Part shown: positions 41,801 to 51,105 of the stretch, piece by piece
How positions within the stretch are numbered: position 1 is the stretch's first letter
Layout of the letters: the number at the start of each line of letters is the position of its first letter
NCBI GenBank assembly: GCA_965250285.1
Contig: OZ252299.1
Span: forward strand, 5,664,001-5,728,000
DNA from: Myxococcota bacterium
Lineage (GTDB): Bacteria; Myxococcota_A; UBA9160; UBA4427
Length of the DNA stretch: 64,000 nucleotides
Reading direction: 5' to 3'
Notes under the pieces: model-generated
Databases searched by the model: none
Told to the model about the DNA's origin: nothing
What the model saw: the letters and a program-made list of their open reading frames with translations, nothing else
Translations under genes and position numbers: made by a program

Positions 41801-42380
41801 CCTGCTGATGGACGATCTCGAGACCCTGCACCGGCTGCTCGAAGAGGCCCGGGTGGATCGACTCGGTCGCTTCGAGGCGCTCGCCCGCAGCGGCGCGATC
41901 GAAGGGCTCTTCGGCGCCGGGCTCGTCGAGCGCGTCGAGACCCGTTCGCGCATCGCCGAGCGCTTTCTCGCCGCCTGGCGGGTCGGCCGCGGCCAGCGCC
42001 TGCGGCGCGGCGACCTGCAGGGCTGCGACGTGCTGAGCGACGACTTCAAGGATCGGTTCACCTCGCTTGCCGAAGACGACGACGTGGCGGGCGACGCCAC
42101 GATCTTGATGGCGCGCATCGTCGAGAACCGCGACGAGCGCGTGAAGCGCTTTCGCAGAGACAAGCGCGACGAGTTCGAAGCCTGGCTGATCGAGCGGGGC
42201 TACCTGGTCGAAGAGTCCGTCCTCGACGACGACGCGATCGCGCATGAGGTCGTGGCGCAGGTGGGCGACGTGATCGTCGGCCCCGGTGACGACGGCGTGC
42301 AAACGCGCATCGCCGATACCCATGCGCTGGTGCGGGCCTGGCTCGACGTGATGCATCACGTCGGAGGGAGCGAAGCATGA
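38844..42380 (+). CDS. SMC/Rad50-like ABC ATPase (YhaN-like) with central hydrophobic hairpin and C-terminal extension
   Basis: Walker A GPNESGKST, long coiled coils, signature LSDGTR, Walker B LILDEA; translationally coupled to the nuclease. Confidence 0.85.
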   Translation: MKLVSVWVRRAPGLDKGVEERRFTSGLNVVFGPNESGKSTLARAIQDTLWPAKKRPARIVDVETRWEHEGAQWTARHDGVTTWAREGEVGPAPTIPGAEYRAAYRLHLRDLIAGEGESDDVFARRIRSTLDGGFDLSPRAQSTPRRSRRHGRSDGQALRDAQRQRSVLEGERQSLARSVEGLGAREAEQSAAEAERNDAAALANVQSWHDARREWREADEWLRADDTPESFGGEALRELDRVETAIANETRALADLDAEIDAAQSRLVSTGLEGRVPSSAELEAWAESSLRAVAQSRELERLRREEEGAAARARQAAADAGVIEVSPPLFAPSREETAQLAQWLDGRERLAAEQRDLDARLRNQVEQRARAAFDDPFEGVEDDALVQARGLVVAYLRANGARGSAWLGLVAAPVAVLPMFSARWPELPPWALPVAIGVGAVVGVGLTDWIVRRHAFRALRRELAALGVESEVAAAAELLDALDDTVRARRSLAEAESTHRALVAQADALGERAAALEPVRADLVARLDLATDVDDLTLVEAARRFAELRLAQQAWAEAKGEREATETERDEGVMALRSALAPWLRGEAPSLEAQADERDADALAAALADLRARITDAKAASAALAGAERQRSLAVERRAGVRRERDALIGGLGVESLDAVQVRARVAAWEERWPVRVRRQQTRSDAAARMNGLEAALGERRGLLELDLEEVRRRREAAEAAAARVAEIARTIGEVRGAAQAAEHSHDLEAASAAVDAATEALAARRREVIDDVAARFMLEEVSADIDRDQRPEVLQRAADLFERFTGHRYALHVDDDDAGGARFMAIDHGSGRAKPLAELSDGTRMQLLLAARLAFVHEGEALVHPPLILDEALSSSDAERMRQVTDALAQEVERGRQVFYMTNDAGDVAIWRAACERAGLPAPNVIRLDAPASAEQDSVWHALPEPIERAPVPAPGGLNASQYAARLRVPPPDAWAPIGEIHLFHLLMDDLETLHRLLEEARVDRLGRFEALARSGAIEGLFGAGLVERVETRSRIAERFLAAWRVGRGQRLRRGDLQGCDVLSDDFKDRFTSLAEDDDVAGDATILMARIVENRDERVKRFRRDKRDEFEAWLIERGYLVEESVLDDDAIAHEVVAQVGDVIVGPGDDGVQTRIADTHALVRAWLDVMHHVGGSEA

Positions 42381-43117
42381 AACTCAGGCAAGCCGTCTTC
42401 GCCGCGGCCGAGATGGAGCCGCTGCGCGCAAACCTCTACGATCTGTTCGGCCTCGATGACGCCTACGTCGACCCGAACGTCGCCTACTTCGGCCTGACCA
42501 ACATCGTGATGTCGCTCGGGGACACCTTCCTCGAGGTCGTCGTTCCGGAGAAGGAGGGGACGACGGCCGGTCGTTTGCTCGACCGGCGCGGTTCGCCGTG
42601 CGGCTACATGCTGATCTTTCAGGTCGACGACTTCGCGACGACGTCGACCCGCCTGAGTGATCTCGACCTGCGCAAGGTGTGGGAGCACGAGGGCGCCGAG
42701 GCGAGCGCGTGTCATATCCACCCGAAGGACGTGGGCGGTGCCATCGTCTCGTTCGACGAGATGCGTCCACCGGGTGAGTGGATCTGGGGCGGACCCGCAT
42801 GGCGCACGCACCGCGCGGCCGACGTCCGGCGGGTGCTCGGCGCGACGCTCTCGGCCGCCGACCCGGCTGCGCTCGCCGCGCGTTGGGCCGAGGTGCTCGG
42901 TCGCCCCGCCGTCGAGGCCGAAGGCCGTCGGCGCATCGCGCTCGACGAGGGCACATTCGTCGAGTTCGTCGCCGGCAAGGATCCCGCCGGCATCTGTGGC
43001 TACACCTTCGAAGCCGACGATCCAGCGCTGCTCGTCGAGCGTGCGGCGAAGCTCGGGCTGGGGGAAGGCGAGGCGAAGGTCGGCGACGTGGCGCTGTCGT
43101 TCGTGCCACCCGCCTAG
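42377..43117 (+). CDS. VOC/glyoxalase-like protein
   Basis: LRQ, DP.V..FGL.N, FLEVV.P, AGR.L.RRG..GYM, HPKD.GG, W.WGGP.W. Confidence 0.8.
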   Translation: MKLRQAVFAAAEMEPLRANLYDLFGLDDAYVDPNVAYFGLTNIVMSLGDTFLEVVVPEKEGTTAGRLLDRRGSPCGYMLIFQVDDFATTSTRLSDLDLRKVWEHEGAEASACHIHPKDVGGAIVSFDEMRPPGEWIWGGPAWRTHRAADVRRVLGATLSAADPAALAARWAEVLGRPAVEAEGRRRIALDEGTFVEFVAGKDPAGICGYTFEADDPALLVERAAKLGLGEGEAKVGDVALSFVPPA

Positions 43118-43650
43118 GGCTCGGGCTGCCAGGTCTCGATCGTGAAGGCGTGGGCGTGCCGGTCGTCGGCTTCGTGCCGTTCGGCCTCGACGCGCTCCCA
43201 GCCGGGCGGTGCGCCGTCGCAGAACGCATCGAAGCGCACATCTCCCTCGACATCGGCGTGAACCCGCGTGACGTAGGCGACCGAGGCACGGCGCAGCGAC
43301 GCTTCGTAGAGGGCGGCGCCGCCGATCACGAAGACGACGTCGTCCCCCGCAGCTTCGGCGGGCGGATGCGCGGCGGCGAGCTCGATGGCCGAGTCGAGAT
43401 CGTGCGCGACCAGCGCACCGGGGGCAGCGTAGTCGCGCTGTCGGGTCAGCACGACGTGTGTGCGCTTCGGCAGCGGCTTGGGGAAGGTCTCCCAGGTCGC
43501 GCGTCCCATGACCATCGCGTGGCCGGTCGTCGTCTGCTTGAAGAAGCGCTGGTCGTCGGGCAGTCGCCACGGGATGCGGTCGCCGTCGCCGATCACGCCG
43601 TTCTCGGAGACCGCGACGATGAGCGCGATGCGAGGCATCGATCCGGCCAT
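43114..43650 (-). CDS. folA: Dihydrofolate reductase
   Basis: IVAVSENGVIG, IPWRLP.D..FFK, MGR.TW, PLPKR, IGGA.LY, EGD. Confidence 0.95.
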   Translation of the reverse strand: MAGSMPRIALIVAVSENGVIGDGDRIPWRLPDDQRFFKQTTTGHAMVMGRATWETFPKPLPKRTHVVLTRQRDYAAPGALVAHDLDSAIELAAAHPPAEAAGDDVVFVIGGAALYEASLRRASVAYVTRVHADVEGDVRFDAFCDGAPPGWERVEAERHEADDRHAHAFTIETWQPEP

Positions 43651-43669
43651 GGCGCAGGCTCGCCCGCGC

Positions 43670-44464
43670 TCAGACCGCGATCGGCGCCGCGATGCGGGGA
43701 TGCGGGTCGTAGCCTTCGATCACGAAGTGCTCGTACTCGAAGTCGAAGACGCTCTTCACCGTAGGGTCGAGCCGAACGGTCGGCAACGGGCGCGGTTCGC
43801 GCGTGAGCTGCGTCTTCACCTGCTCGACGTGGTTCGAGTAGATGTGGGCGTCGCCGATCGAGATCACGAGATCGCCCGGCTCGAGCTGGGTCTGCTGGGC
43901 GATCATCATCGTGAGCAGCGCGTACGACGCGATGTTGAAGGGCAGGCCGAGAAAGAGGTCGCAGCTTCGCTGGTACATGCTGCACGAGAGCCGACCGTTC
44001 GTGACGTTGAACTGGAACATCATGTGGCACGGGGGCAGCTTCATATTCGGTACTTCGGCCACGTTCCAGGCCGACACGATGTGGCGTCGTGAGTCGGGAT
44101 CGGTGCGAATCTGCTCGATCACGTCGGTCAGCTGGTCGACGTGCTCACCTCCCGGGGTGGGCCAGCTGCGCCACTGCGAGCCGTAGACGGGGCCGAGCTC
44201 GCCGTCTTCGTCCGCCCACTCGTCCCAGATCGACACGCCGTTGTCCTGCAGGTAGCGGACGTTCGTGTCGCCGGCCACGAACCACAGGAGCTCGTGGATC
44301 ACGCTCTTCATGTGGATGCGCTTGGTCGTGACGAGGGGGAACCCCTGGGTGAGATCGAATCGCAGCTGCGCGCCGAACAAGCTGCGCGTGCCGGTGCCGG
44401 TGCGGTCCGCCTTGTCGACGCCCTCTTCGAGCACCTTTTGCAACAAGTCGAGATAGCTACGCAT
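43670..44464 (-). CDS. thyA: Thymidylate synthase
   Basis: [48 protein letters not shown]. Confidence 0.98.
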   Translation of the reverse strand: MRSYLDLLQKVLEEGVDKADRTGTGTRSLFGAQLRFDLTQGFPLVTTKRIHMKSVIHELLWFVAGDTNVRYLQDNGVSIWDEWADEDGELGPVYGSQWRSWPTPGGEHVDQLTDVIEQIRTDPDSRRHIVSAWNVAEVPNMKLPPCHMMFQFNVTNGRLSCSMYQRSCDLFLGLPFNIASYALLTMMIAQQTQLEPGDLVISIGDAHIYSNHVEQVKTQLTREPRPLPTVRLDPTVKSVFDFEYEHFVIEGYDPHPRIAAPIAV

Positions 44465-44604
44465 ACGCCCCCCAGCGCCAGAAGCTCGGCACGCCGGGCA
44501 ACGAGCCCAGCCGTCTGGGCAGGGTAGCAGCAGCGGCGCCGGTGAGGCGCCGGAATCACGGGGTGGGCCGTTCGGGCCGGCCCGCATGCGCCGGGGGATT
44601 CGGC

Positions 44605-44928
44605 TCAGTGCTGGCCGAGCGGGTCGGCGAACACGTAGCGGGCGGGCTTCACCACCATCGAGTTGAACGGCTTGCCGATGTCGCCGGGCCGGCTCACCAG
44701 CGTGAGCGGCGTAACCGGCGCCAGGAAGAGCGCCGTGCCGGCGAACATGCTGACGAGTCCGACCGGGCGGAGGAAGAGCAGATCGAAGGTGATGGGCGAG
44801 GTGCTCTCGGCGCCCGGATCCGTGTGCACGTCGCGTTCGAAGCCGTCGGCGTAGGTCGCGGAGACCCCGAGCAGCGTGACGACGACCGTGGTCGCGAGAG
44901 CGCGGCGGGCGATGCGGATGAGCTTCAT
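44605..44928 (-). CDS. Small exported/membrane protein
   Basis: Signal peptide, D...RP.G...GTALF..P, V.KPARY.F..PLG motif seen in small proteobacterial membrane proteins. Confidence 0.7.
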   Translation of the reverse strand: MKLIRIARRALATTVVVTLLGVSATYADGFERDVHTDPGAESTSPITFDLLFLRPVGLVSMFAGTALFLAPVTPLTLVSRPGDIGKPFNSMVVKPARYVFADPLGQH

Positions 44929-45112
44929 GACGATCCCTTCCTCGAGCGTCACGCCGCTCGGCCGAGCCCCTCGGCTCGTCGATCCGGCGAGACGTCCGCG
45001 TCATCGGAGCCCCGCGCGGGCGACTTGAGGCTCGTTCGGGGGGATCCGGGGCGGCATCGAGCCCGTCTCGATTTCGGGACGCCGGCCGGCCGCGGGGGCC
45101 GCGCGTGCGCGC

Positions 45113-46831
45113 TCAGCGAGTCTCGTCGGTCTCGAGGAAGAAGTTGAAATCCTCGCTCTCCTCGCCGTGGAGCAGGTCGTAGGCGTGGGCCGGGCTCTTC
45201 GCCTGAAAGAGATCCTCCTGGATGTCGGGGTCGATGCCGACGGTGCGTGCAAGCGTGGCGAGCACCTGGAGGTGGCGGTCCCGCTCTTCGGGGGCGGTCC
45301 CGAGCAGCACCACGCAGTGGACGGGCTGGCCGTCGGGCGTGTCGAAGGGCAGCCCCTCCCGCGAGAGCGCCATCACGCCCGTCATCGCGAGGCCCGGCGG
45401 CAGGATGCCGTGGGGCACCGAGAGACCGCCGCCGAGGCACGTCGAGGCCTGGGCCTCGCGGTCGAGCACGCTCTTCAGCAGGTCGTCCCGCGAGATCGAC
45501 TTGAGACCGTGCCGTCGGATCATCAGATCGACGAGCTTCTCGATCGCCTGCTCCTTCGACTCGGCGCGGAACCCGGTGACGATGTGCTCCTCCTGCAAGA
45601 AGTCGATCAGCCGCAAGCGGTCGCGGTCGATCTCTCCCGCGCGCTTGAGCGCTCGCCGCGTGAGCACGGGGCCGATGATCTCGTTCAGGGTCACCACGCT
45701 CAGCACGATGTCGGTGAAGAGCCCGGCCATGTCGGCGTAGGCCGGGTCGCGCTGGATCACGAGCACGAGCCCGACGGCGACGCCGGCCTGGGGCACCAAC
45801 GCCAGACCCAGGTTGCGACGCACGCGATCGGTGGCCTGGGCGATGCGCATGGCGAGGTCGGCGGCGAGCCACTTGCCGCCCATGCGCGCGACGAAGTAGA
45901 GCCCGGCGAGCGTGCCCACGGTGCCGATGTGCGAGACGTCGAGGTGCATGCCCGCGAGCGTGAAGAAGACGGCGAGGATCACGGGCTCGAAGTCGGCGAA
46001 GACCGAGTCGACGAGATGGCTGCGGGTCTGCGTGACGTTCGTCTGCACGACGCCGAGCACGAGGCACGAGAGCATCGGCGAGACGTCGAGGGCGTTGGCC
46101 AGGCCCGACGTGAGCACGAGCGCGAGCACGGCCCCGGTGGCGACGCGCTCGGGGCGGTGGGTCAGCCGGCAGACCTGATCGAGCGCGAGGGCCGCGAGCG
46201 AGCCGAGCAGCAGCGGGAGGCCGAGCTCACCGACGGCCGTCCAGGGGGCACCGGCGCGCAGGTCGGGGTCGGCGCCGGGCAGCCACGAGAGGCCAATCAC
46301 CCGCGCGATCTCGAACAGCGCGATGCACGCCATGTTGTTGAGCGCGACGGCCGCGATCAGCGTCTTCACGAAGACGCCCTTCGCGCGGCACTCGCGGACG
46401 ACGGCGACGATGGTGGCGGGCGCCGTTGCGACGGCCACGGTGCCGAGCAGCAGGGCGAGGGTCGGCGGCGCGCCGCCGATCCAAGTGAGCGTGGCGAATA
46501 CGACCAGCGGCGTGACGAGCGACTCGAAGAGCAGCAGCGCGCCGAGGCGGCGTCCGGCATTGCGCAAGCGATCGAGGTTCAGGTGGGCGCCGACGGTGAC
46601 GGCGATCAGTCCGAGGGCGAGATCGGTGAGCGGCGCGAGCGAGTCGATCGCTTCTTCGCCGACGAGGTCGAGGCCCGCGCGACCGAGCGCGACGCCGACG
46701 AGGATCTGGCCGGTGATGCCCGGCAGGCCGAGGCGGTGCGCGAGCGATCCCGCACCGATCCCGGCGAGGATCACGCACGCCAGCAGGAGCAGCGGCCCCC
46801 CCTGCTGCAGGAGCGTCGACACGGCTTCCAT
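45113..46831 (-). CDS. CPA2-type cation:proton antiporter fused to a PTS EIIA (Ntr/Fru-type) domain
   Basis: About 12 TM helices (ATAPA, FFTLAG, PQAGVAVGL, EIIGP) then REAQASTCLGGGLSVPHG, F..PDG.PV, HL..LA. Confidence 0.88.
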   Translation of the reverse strand: MEAVSTLLQQGGPLLLLACVILAGIGAGSLAHRLGLPGITGQILVGVALGRAGLDLVGEEAIDSLAPLTDLALGLIAVTVGAHLNLDRLRNAGRRLGALLLFESLVTPLVVFATLTWIGGAPPTLALLLGTVAVATAPATIVAVVRECRAKGVFVKTLIAAVALNNMACIALFEIARVIGLSWLPGADPDLRAGAPWTAVGELGLPLLLGSLAALALDQVCRLTHRPERVATGAVLALVLTSGLANALDVSPMLSCLVLGVVQTNVTQTRSHLVDSVFADFEPVILAVFFTLAGMHLDVSHIGTVGTLAGLYFVARMGGKWLAADLAMRIAQATDRVRRNLGLALVPQAGVAVGLVLVIQRDPAYADMAGLFTDIVLSVVTLNEIIGPVLTRRALKRAGEIDRDRLRLIDFLQEEHIVTGFRAESKEQAIEKLVDLMIRRHGLKSISRDDLLKSVLDREAQASTCLGGGLSVPHGILPPGLAMTGVMALSREGLPFDTPDGQPVHCVVLLGTAPEERDRHLQVLATLARTVGIDPDIQEDLFQAKSPAHAYDLLHGEESEDFNFFLETDETR

Positions 46832-46945
46832 GAGGCGAGGCTAGCAGGGCGAAGCGCTGCGCCCGTCGTGTCTTCCGTGTCGGGCGGGCGTGCTCAGCGC
46901 CGGGTCCGCCCATCGCGGAGCCCGGGCCGGGCGATGGATCGGGGA

Positions 46946-48142
46946 TCAGCCCGGGAAGAGGTTGCGCGCGATCTCGACCCCGCCGACCACGCTGCCGAGG
47001 ATGCTGCCGAGCGACACCGCGATGAATGCCGTGAGGATCTTGAGCAGCCGGTTGCGCAGCCAACCCTTCCACTCGAGGGCATCGTTGCCGACGTCGCGAA
47101 ACTCGGAGACGCGGGGCGGCTGAACCCACAGCTGAACGAACGCCGCGACATAGCCCGCGCCGATGACGGGCGTCAGGCTCGTGAAGGGCGCAGAGACGGC
47201 GGCCGCCACGATGGTGATCGGGTGCGCCAGCGCGATCAACGCGCCGATGCCGGCCGGCACGGCGTTCGCGACGAACCAATAGAGCGCGTTGTCGCCGGCT
47301 TCGCCGGCGCCCTGGGTTGCGCCGATGTACGCGATCGAGCCCACGATGAAGGCGGGGATCGCCCAGCCCACCCACTTCCACACGCTCGAGACGGGCGGAA
47401 TCTCCTCGATCGCCGCGAGGTCGACGGGCTCGCCGCTCTCGATCGCGCGGGTCATACCCGCGACGTGCCCCGCGCCGACGACGGCGACGACGCGTTCGCC
47501 CGACGACTCGACGATCTTCTCGGCGAGGTAGGCGTCGCGTTCGTCGATGAGCACTTGCTTGAGCTCGGGCAACGACTCGCCGAGCTCGGCCATGAGCTCG
47601 CTCAGCACGTCCTGCTCGCGGATGCGCTCGAGCTCTTCTTCGGAGAGCTCGGGGCTCTCGAACGCACTCGCGAGCAGACCCGAGAGCGCCTGCAGCTTGC
47701 GCCAGAGACCGAGGCCCGCCCACGCCCGGCGCAGCGTGATGCGGATGTCGCGATCGCAGAGGGCGACGGGGATCTCGAGCGCCTCGGCGGTGCGCGCCGC
47801 CTCGAGCAGTTCGCTGCCCGGCGTCACCCCGAGCTTGAGACCGAGCCGGCGCTGATAGGCCGAGAGCATGAGGTTCACGATCAGCGTCGTGAGCTGCTGG
47901 TTGCGGATGATCTCGCGCAGATCCTGCGCTTCGAACTGCTTGGCTTCGCTCAGTGCTTGATAGCGCCGCTCGTCGAGCTCGATGCAGACCGTATCGGGGC
48001 GCTCCTGCTCGATCACGCGCCGCACCAGATCGACCGAGGTCTGCGAGATGTGCGCCGTCCCGACGAGGATGAAGGTGCGGCCGTCGCGCTCGAGGATGCG
48101 GACGTCGCTCGGGTAGGGCTCTGCTTCTGCGCCGGCGCTCAA
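46946..48142 (-). CDS. TraB/GumN family protein (pheromone-shutdown TraB-like)
   Basis: LVGTAHIS, PD.VCIELD..R, PGSE, DRDI..T, ERD, VVGAGH, C-terminal TM region; TTG start inferred. Confidence 0.9.
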   Translation of the reverse strand: MSAGAEAEPYPSDVRILERDGRTFILVGTAHISQTSVDLVRRVIEQERPDTVCIELDERRYQALSEAKQFEAQDLREIIRNQQLTTLIVNLMLSAYQRRLGLKLGVTPGSELLEAARTAEALEIPVALCDRDIRITLRRAWAGLGLWRKLQALSGLLASAFESPELSEEELERIREQDVLSELMAELGESLPELKQVLIDERDAYLAEKIVESSGERVVAVVGAGHVAGMTRAIESGEPVDLAAIEEIPPVSSVWKWVGWAIPAFIVGSIAYIGATQGAGEAGDNALYWFVANAVPAGIGALIALAHPITIVAAAVSAPFTSLTPVIGAGYVAAFVQLWVQPPRVSEFRDVGNDALEWKGWLRNRLLKILTAFIAVSLGSILGSVVGGVEIARNLFPG

Positions 48143-48188
48143 AGGGTCGGACCTCTCTGGGGATCGGAAGGCGCCCCAAGTTCGCATA

Positions 48189-48343
48189 ATCGGTCGATTC
48201 GTGCCGAAGCCGAAGCGCGATCGGGCCGGGATTTCGGTCGAAGCGAGGACGCCCCAGCGCGCCCATATCGGTCGATTCGTGCCGAAGCCGAAGTGCGATC
48301 GGGCCGGGATTTCGGTCGCAGGCGGGACACCCCAGCGCGCCCA
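48189..48343. repeat. Tandem 78-bp direct repeat (2 copies), intergenic
   Basis: atcggtcgattcgtgccgaagccgaag(c/t)gcgatcgggccgggatttcggtcg...ccccagcgcgccca at 48189 and 48267. Confidence 0.92.
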
Positions 48344-48365
48344 CCCGAGGGCGACGCGCGAACGC

Positions 48366-48977
48366 TCAGCTCGCGGTGCTGGCGGCGGGCGTCGATGTGC
48401 GCGCGCGCCGCCGCGTCGGCCAGAAGCGCGCGGCGAGCAGCACGACGACGAGGCCCGCGAACACGAGCGGCTGCACGACGTCGGCCTTCACGAGCCAGTA
48501 GTAGTGGGCGACGGCCGCGACGGCCGCGACCCAGACCAGGCGATGCAGTACGCGCCAGCGCGCCCCGAGCCGGCGCATCCAGGCCCGGGTCGAGGTGATC
48601 GCCAGCGGCAGCATGGCGAGCAGTCCGGTCGCCCCGAGCCAGACGAACGGGCGCTTGCTCAGGTCTTCCTGGATCGAGGGCCAGTGCAGCCCCTGATCGA
48701 GTACGGCCCACGTGAGCATGTGGAGCACGGCGTAGGCGAACGCGAGCAGGCCGAGCGTGCGGCGCTGGGGCGCGAGGCGCGACCAGCCGGTCACGCGTCG
48801 AAGCGGCGTGATCGCGAGGGTGACGACCAGCAGACGAAGCGCCCACTCGCCGGTCACGTGCGTGATGTCTTCGATCGGATTGGCCGAGAGCTTGCCGAGC
48901 ACGGCCCCGACGCCCACGCCGACGAGCGGCAGCAGCCCGATGGCGGTGACGATCAGGGTGTCGCGGCGCGTCTTCAT
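48366..48977 (-). CDS. msrQ: Protein-methionine-sulfoxide reductase heme-binding subunit
   Basis: TG.WAL, LAITPLR, RR.LGL.AF.YA.LH, LAITS, W..LHRL, H. Confidence 0.93.
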   Translation of the reverse strand: MKTRRDTLIVTAIGLLPLVGVGVGAVLGKLSANPIEDITHVTGEWALRLLVVTLAITPLRRVTGWSRLAPQRRTLGLLAFAYAVLHMLTWAVLDQGLHWPSIQEDLSKRPFVWLGATGLLAMLPLAITSTRAWMRRLGARWRVLHRLVWVAAVAAVAHYYWLVKADVVQPLVFAGLVVVLLAARFWPTRRRARTSTPAASTAS

Positions 48978-48985
48978 CGGTCGCT

Positions 48986-49079
48986 CCTCAGACGTTGCGG
49001 CTCAGATCCGAACCGGCCGTGCATCACGCGGCGGCCGTGAGTCGGATCGATCGTGCCTCAGTAGTTGCGGCTCAGATCC
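48986..49079. repeat. 24-bp duplication of the msrP 3' end flanking a hairpin
   Basis: cctcagacgttgcggctcagatcc (48986) vs cctcagtagttgcggctcagatcc (49056). Confidence 0.85.
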
Positions 49080-50035
49080 ATGCCCTTGTAGAGCGAGGCG
49101 ACCTGGTCGCCGTAGCCGTTGAAGGGCAGCGTCGGGCGCTTGAAGAACTCGCCGATGCGGCGCTCGCGCGACTGGCTCCAGCGCGGGTGGTCGACGTCGG
49201 GGTTCACATTCGCGTAGAAGCCGTACTCGCGCGGGTTCTCGGCGCTCCAGCTCGTGTAGGGCATCTCCTTCTGGAGCCGGATCTTCACGATCGACTTGAT
49301 CGACTTGAAGCCGTACTTCCAGGGCACCACCAGGCGAATGGGCGCGCCGTTCTGGCCGGGCAGCACCTCGCCGTACATGCCCACCGCGAGCAGCGACAGC
49401 GGATTCATCGCTTCGTCCATGCGCAGGCCTTCGCGATAGGGCCACTGCAACACGCGTCGCCGCTGGCCTGGCAGCTGCTCCGGGTCATAGAGCGTCTCGA
49501 AAGCCACGTACTTCGCATCGCTCGTCGGCTCGAAACGCTCGAGCACCTTGCCGAGCGGCACGCCGACCCACGGGATCACCATCGACCACGCCTCGACGCA
49601 GCGCAGTCGGTAGATGCGCTCCTCGAGGTCGTAGGGGCGAATCAGGTCTTCGATGCCGATGCTGCCGGGCTTCGCGACCGCCCCCTCGATGGCGACGTTC
49701 CAGGGGCGGGTCTTCAGCGAACCGGCGTTGCGCGCCGGGTCGTCCTTGCCCGTGCCGAGCTCGTAGAAGTTGTTGTAGCTGGTCGCGTCGTCGATCGGCG
49801 TGATCTCGTCGTCGGCACCGAGGGGCGCGAGCTTCTTCGAGTTCGGCTGCACGTTGTCGAGCGGGCCGCTCGCGGGCAGCATGGCCGCCTGCGCAGCGCC
49901 CGGCGCGCCGAGGGAGCCCGCGAGCGCGGCCGCCCCCAGCCCGAGTGTGCCGCCGATGAATGAGCGGCGATCGAGGTAGTGGCGGCGGTCGGTCACGTCG
50001 CGTTCCGCGACGTCGGGGGCCGATCGAATCAGCAA
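49058..50035 (-). CDS. msrP: Protein-methionine-sulfoxide reductase catalytic subunit (Mo, Tat-exported)
   Basis: RRSFI Tat motif, [48 protein letters not shown]. Confidence 0.97.
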   Translation of the reverse strand: MLIRSAPDVAERDVTDRRHYLDRRSFIGGTLGLGAAALAGSLGAPGAAQAAMLPASGPLDNVQPNSKKLAPLGADDEITPIDDATSYNNFYELGTGKDDPARNAGSLKTRPWNVAIEGAVAKPGSIGIEDLIRPYDLEERIYRLRCVEAWSMVIPWVGVPLGKVLERFEPTSDAKYVAFETLYDPEQLPGQRRRVLQWPYREGLRMDEAMNPLSLLAVGMYGEVLPGQNGAPIRLVVPWKYGFKSIKSIVKIRLQKEMPYTSWSAENPREYGFYANVNPDVDHPRWSQSRERRIGEFFKRPTLPFNGYGDQVASLYKGMDLSRNY

Positions 50036-50149
50036 GGGCGTCCTCCGTTCTCCCGAGCCCGTGCGGCGCGTGTGCCAGGCCGGGATCGAGAGTACGCGAT
50101 CCGTGCGATTCGGTTACACCGCGGGGGCGAGCCGATCTGGACGAACCGC

Positions 50150-50989
50150 TCAGCGGGCGGGCGTGTCCAGATATCGCTCGGCGAGCCAGCCGAGGGCCGG
50201 GTGCGGCGACTCTGCGCAGCGCGCAAGGCGGGTGTGCAGCGTGGCGAGATCGACCGCGTCGAAGTCGACCTCGCCGCCGATGCGCATGCGAATGCCGTCG
50301 AAATGGCGACGCAGGGCGTCGTCGAAGTGCGCGTCGAATTGCGGCCGCACGACGACGTAGCGGAACCCCCGGCGTCCCAGTGTGCGGCACAGGCTGCGAA
50401 TGCGACGCAGCATGCGCGCGCTCGGCACGCCTTCGCCGCGGGTCGCCTGGGCGGCGAGCTGCCGGCACCCCTCGAGATCGCCCCAGCCCGTCGGCGGATC
50501 GGGCAGGACGTGGGCGCAGGCCGACGCGCCGTGCGCGAGCTCGGCACCCCGGATCTCGATGAACACCGGTCGGTCACCGCCGCGATCGATGCGCACGAGT
50601 GGCGTCGGGGGCGTGCCTGCGTCGAGCGAATCGGAGGGGTGCACCCAGCCGCGCCGCACGGGCTCGCCCGGTGCACCCACGCTCGAGAGCAGGCCGCCGA
50701 TCGCATCGGGGCCGACCACCGCGATCAGGTTGCACGCGATTCCCCACGCCGAACCGAGCCGGCTGACCGCGGCCGGCTTGCCGACCTCGCCGAGCGGGCG
50801 GTCGGGATGGCGGCCGAGCCGCTCGCGTTCGTCTTCGCCGAGCGGCACGCACAGCGCGTCGTCGGCGTCGCTGAGGTGGTCGCCCGAGACGTCGAGCGCG
50901 AGACCGTGGCGGGTCGCCCAGCGGCGCTCGCGGGCGAGGATCGACTCGAGCGCGCGGGGCGCGATGTCGCGAAGCATCGGCATCGGCAT
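50150..50989 (-). CDS. Hypothetical protein, possibly a degenerate PD-(D/E)xK (PGN_0703-like) nuclease fold
   Basis: GKP...LGSAWGIACN, PP.PLV.ID, VFIEIR..E, C-terminal WLAERYL; recalled family pattern. Confidence 0.5.
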   Translation of the reverse strand: MPMPMLRDIAPRALESILARERRWATRHGLALDVSGDHLSDADDALCVPLGEDERERLGRHPDRPLGEVGKPAAVSRLGSAWGIACNLIAVVGPDAIGGLLSSVGAPGEPVRRGWVHPSDSLDAGTPPTPLVRIDRGGDRPVFIEIRGAELAHGASACAHVLPDPPTGWGDLEGCRQLAAQATRGEGVPSARMLRRIRSLCRTLGRRGFRYVVVRPQFDAHFDDALRRHFDGIRMRIGGEVDFDAVDLATLHTRLARCAESPHPALGWLAERYLDTPAR

Positions 50990-51105
50990 TCGGTTCCTGC
51001 GGCAGCGTTCCGCGGTGGCGCGAACGGCGCGCGTCCCCCGTTCATCGGTCGGACTCCCCGACCAGTTGAGACCCTCGGGCTGCGGCGCGCGAGAACGTGC
51101 GGGGC

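Noticed and set aside
46946..48142. TraB as evidence of a conjugative element
   Set aside because: It is the chromosomal TraB/GumN family, unrelated to conjugation ATPases; no mobile-element genes are present.
48189..48343. Possible CRISPR mini-array
   Set aside because: Only two abutting units, no unique spacers, unit too long, no cas genes.
45167..48598. 1143-aa plus-strand ORF
   Set aside because: Antisense shadow of the antiporter and traB genes; stop-poor because of high GC; no motifs.
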